A DNA stretch of 63,171 nucleotides. Origin: Micropepsaceae bacterium. Its GTDB lineage: Bacteria; Pseudomonadota; Alphaproteobacteria; Micropepsales; Micropepsaceae. Below the pieces are notes generated by a model. The model searched no databases. It was given only the letters and a program-made list of their open reading frames with translations, and was not told the DNA's origin. Below are positions 62,656 through 63,171 of this stretch, piece after piece (the stretch's first letter is position 1; every line of letters starts with the position of its first letter). The translations under genes were made by a program, and so were the position numbers. Location of the stretch: contig DAISVV010000001.1 of NCBI GenBank assembly GCA_036840015.1, forward strand, positions 1 to 63,171. The letters are read 5' to 3'.

Positions 62656-63171
62656 CACCCTGGTTTGTCTCGGCCACCGGCACCGATCTCGGCAAGACCT
62701 ATGCGCTGTGTTCGCTGTTGCAGGCGCTCAGGGATCGTGGCGCGCGGGTCTGCGTGCTGAAGCCGGTGCTCAGCGGGTTCACGGCAGACGACCTTGCGGC
62801 GACCGACAGCGGGCGATTGCTGGCGGCGGCTGGGCATGCGGTGACGCCCGAGAACGTTGCGCGCATCACGCCGTGGCGCTGCGTGCCCCCGCTTTAGCCG
62901 GACATGGCGGCGCAGCGTGCGGGCGTGACGATCTCGCTTGGTGAGGTAAAGGGTTTCTGCACGGCGTCGATGGTGCCGGGGGCGATCCATTTCGTCGAGG
63001 GGGCGGGCGGGATCATGTCACCGCTGGGGTCCGATTTTCTCAATGTTGACCTCGTGCAGGCGCTCGATGCGCGGGTGCTGCTCGTGGCGGGTGGCTATCT
63101 CGGAACGATCAGCCATACGCTGACGGCGCTGGCGGCGCTGGCGCAGCGCGGGATCCGGCCGGGGGCGGTCG
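62652..63171 (+). pseudogene. bioD: dethiobiotin synthase interrupted by an in-frame TAG (nonsense allele or sequence error); 3' end lies outside the window
   Basis: ATGA overlap with bioF. P-loop FVSATGTDLGKT. The frame hits TAG at 62895-62897, then continues in the same frame as PDMAAQRAGV...HFVEGAGGIMSPL...LLVAGGYLGTISHTL to the window edge. Confidence 0.75.

Overview
GC-rich chromosomal segment that looks alphaproteobacterial. The pointers are Irr, the RegB/RegA (ActS/ActR-type) two-component system, MmcB, the rpsT-dnaA arrangement and fabA-fabB-fabI placed divergently from irr. It is densely packed with about 59 protein genes, mostly core. These include trmB, the rimP-nusA-ylxR-infB-rbfA-truB-rpsO-pnp cluster, fabABI, coaBC-dut-rrf2-cysK, ubiE-ubiB, mutM, rpsT, dnaA-dnaN-recF-gyrB, regBA, a class A PBP, sdhCDA with a separated sdhB, and divergent bioBA / bioFD. 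I found no rRNA, tRNA, CRISPR array, transposase or integrase. Many long ORFs in the track are antisense or out-of-frame artefacts of the high GC content. Adjacent genes often overlap by 1-4 nt (GTGA/ATGA type): nusA/ylxR, dnaN/recF, 2-HADH/rlmI, coaBC/dut, sdhC/sdhD, bioB/bioA and bioF/bioD. The items most worth a second look are listed here. (1) An accessory-looking cassette at about 40.1-44.9 kb. It holds an orphan RND/MMPL-like transporter divergent from a ferritin-like diiron protein. They share a 505-bp spacer that is AT-rich in its distal half and carries a perfect 14-bp inverted repeat. A decayed copy of the transporter's 3' end lies next to it. (2) An irr-adjacent rubrerythrin / CCG-type Fe-S protein / DUF3501 operon with ICE-like (Irr box) motifs. 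(3) An in-frame TAG in bioD at a conserved Ser position. (4) sdhB separated from sdhCDA by an SDR gene and an M1 peptidase gene. All functional calls come from motifs I recognised in the translations. No database search was run.
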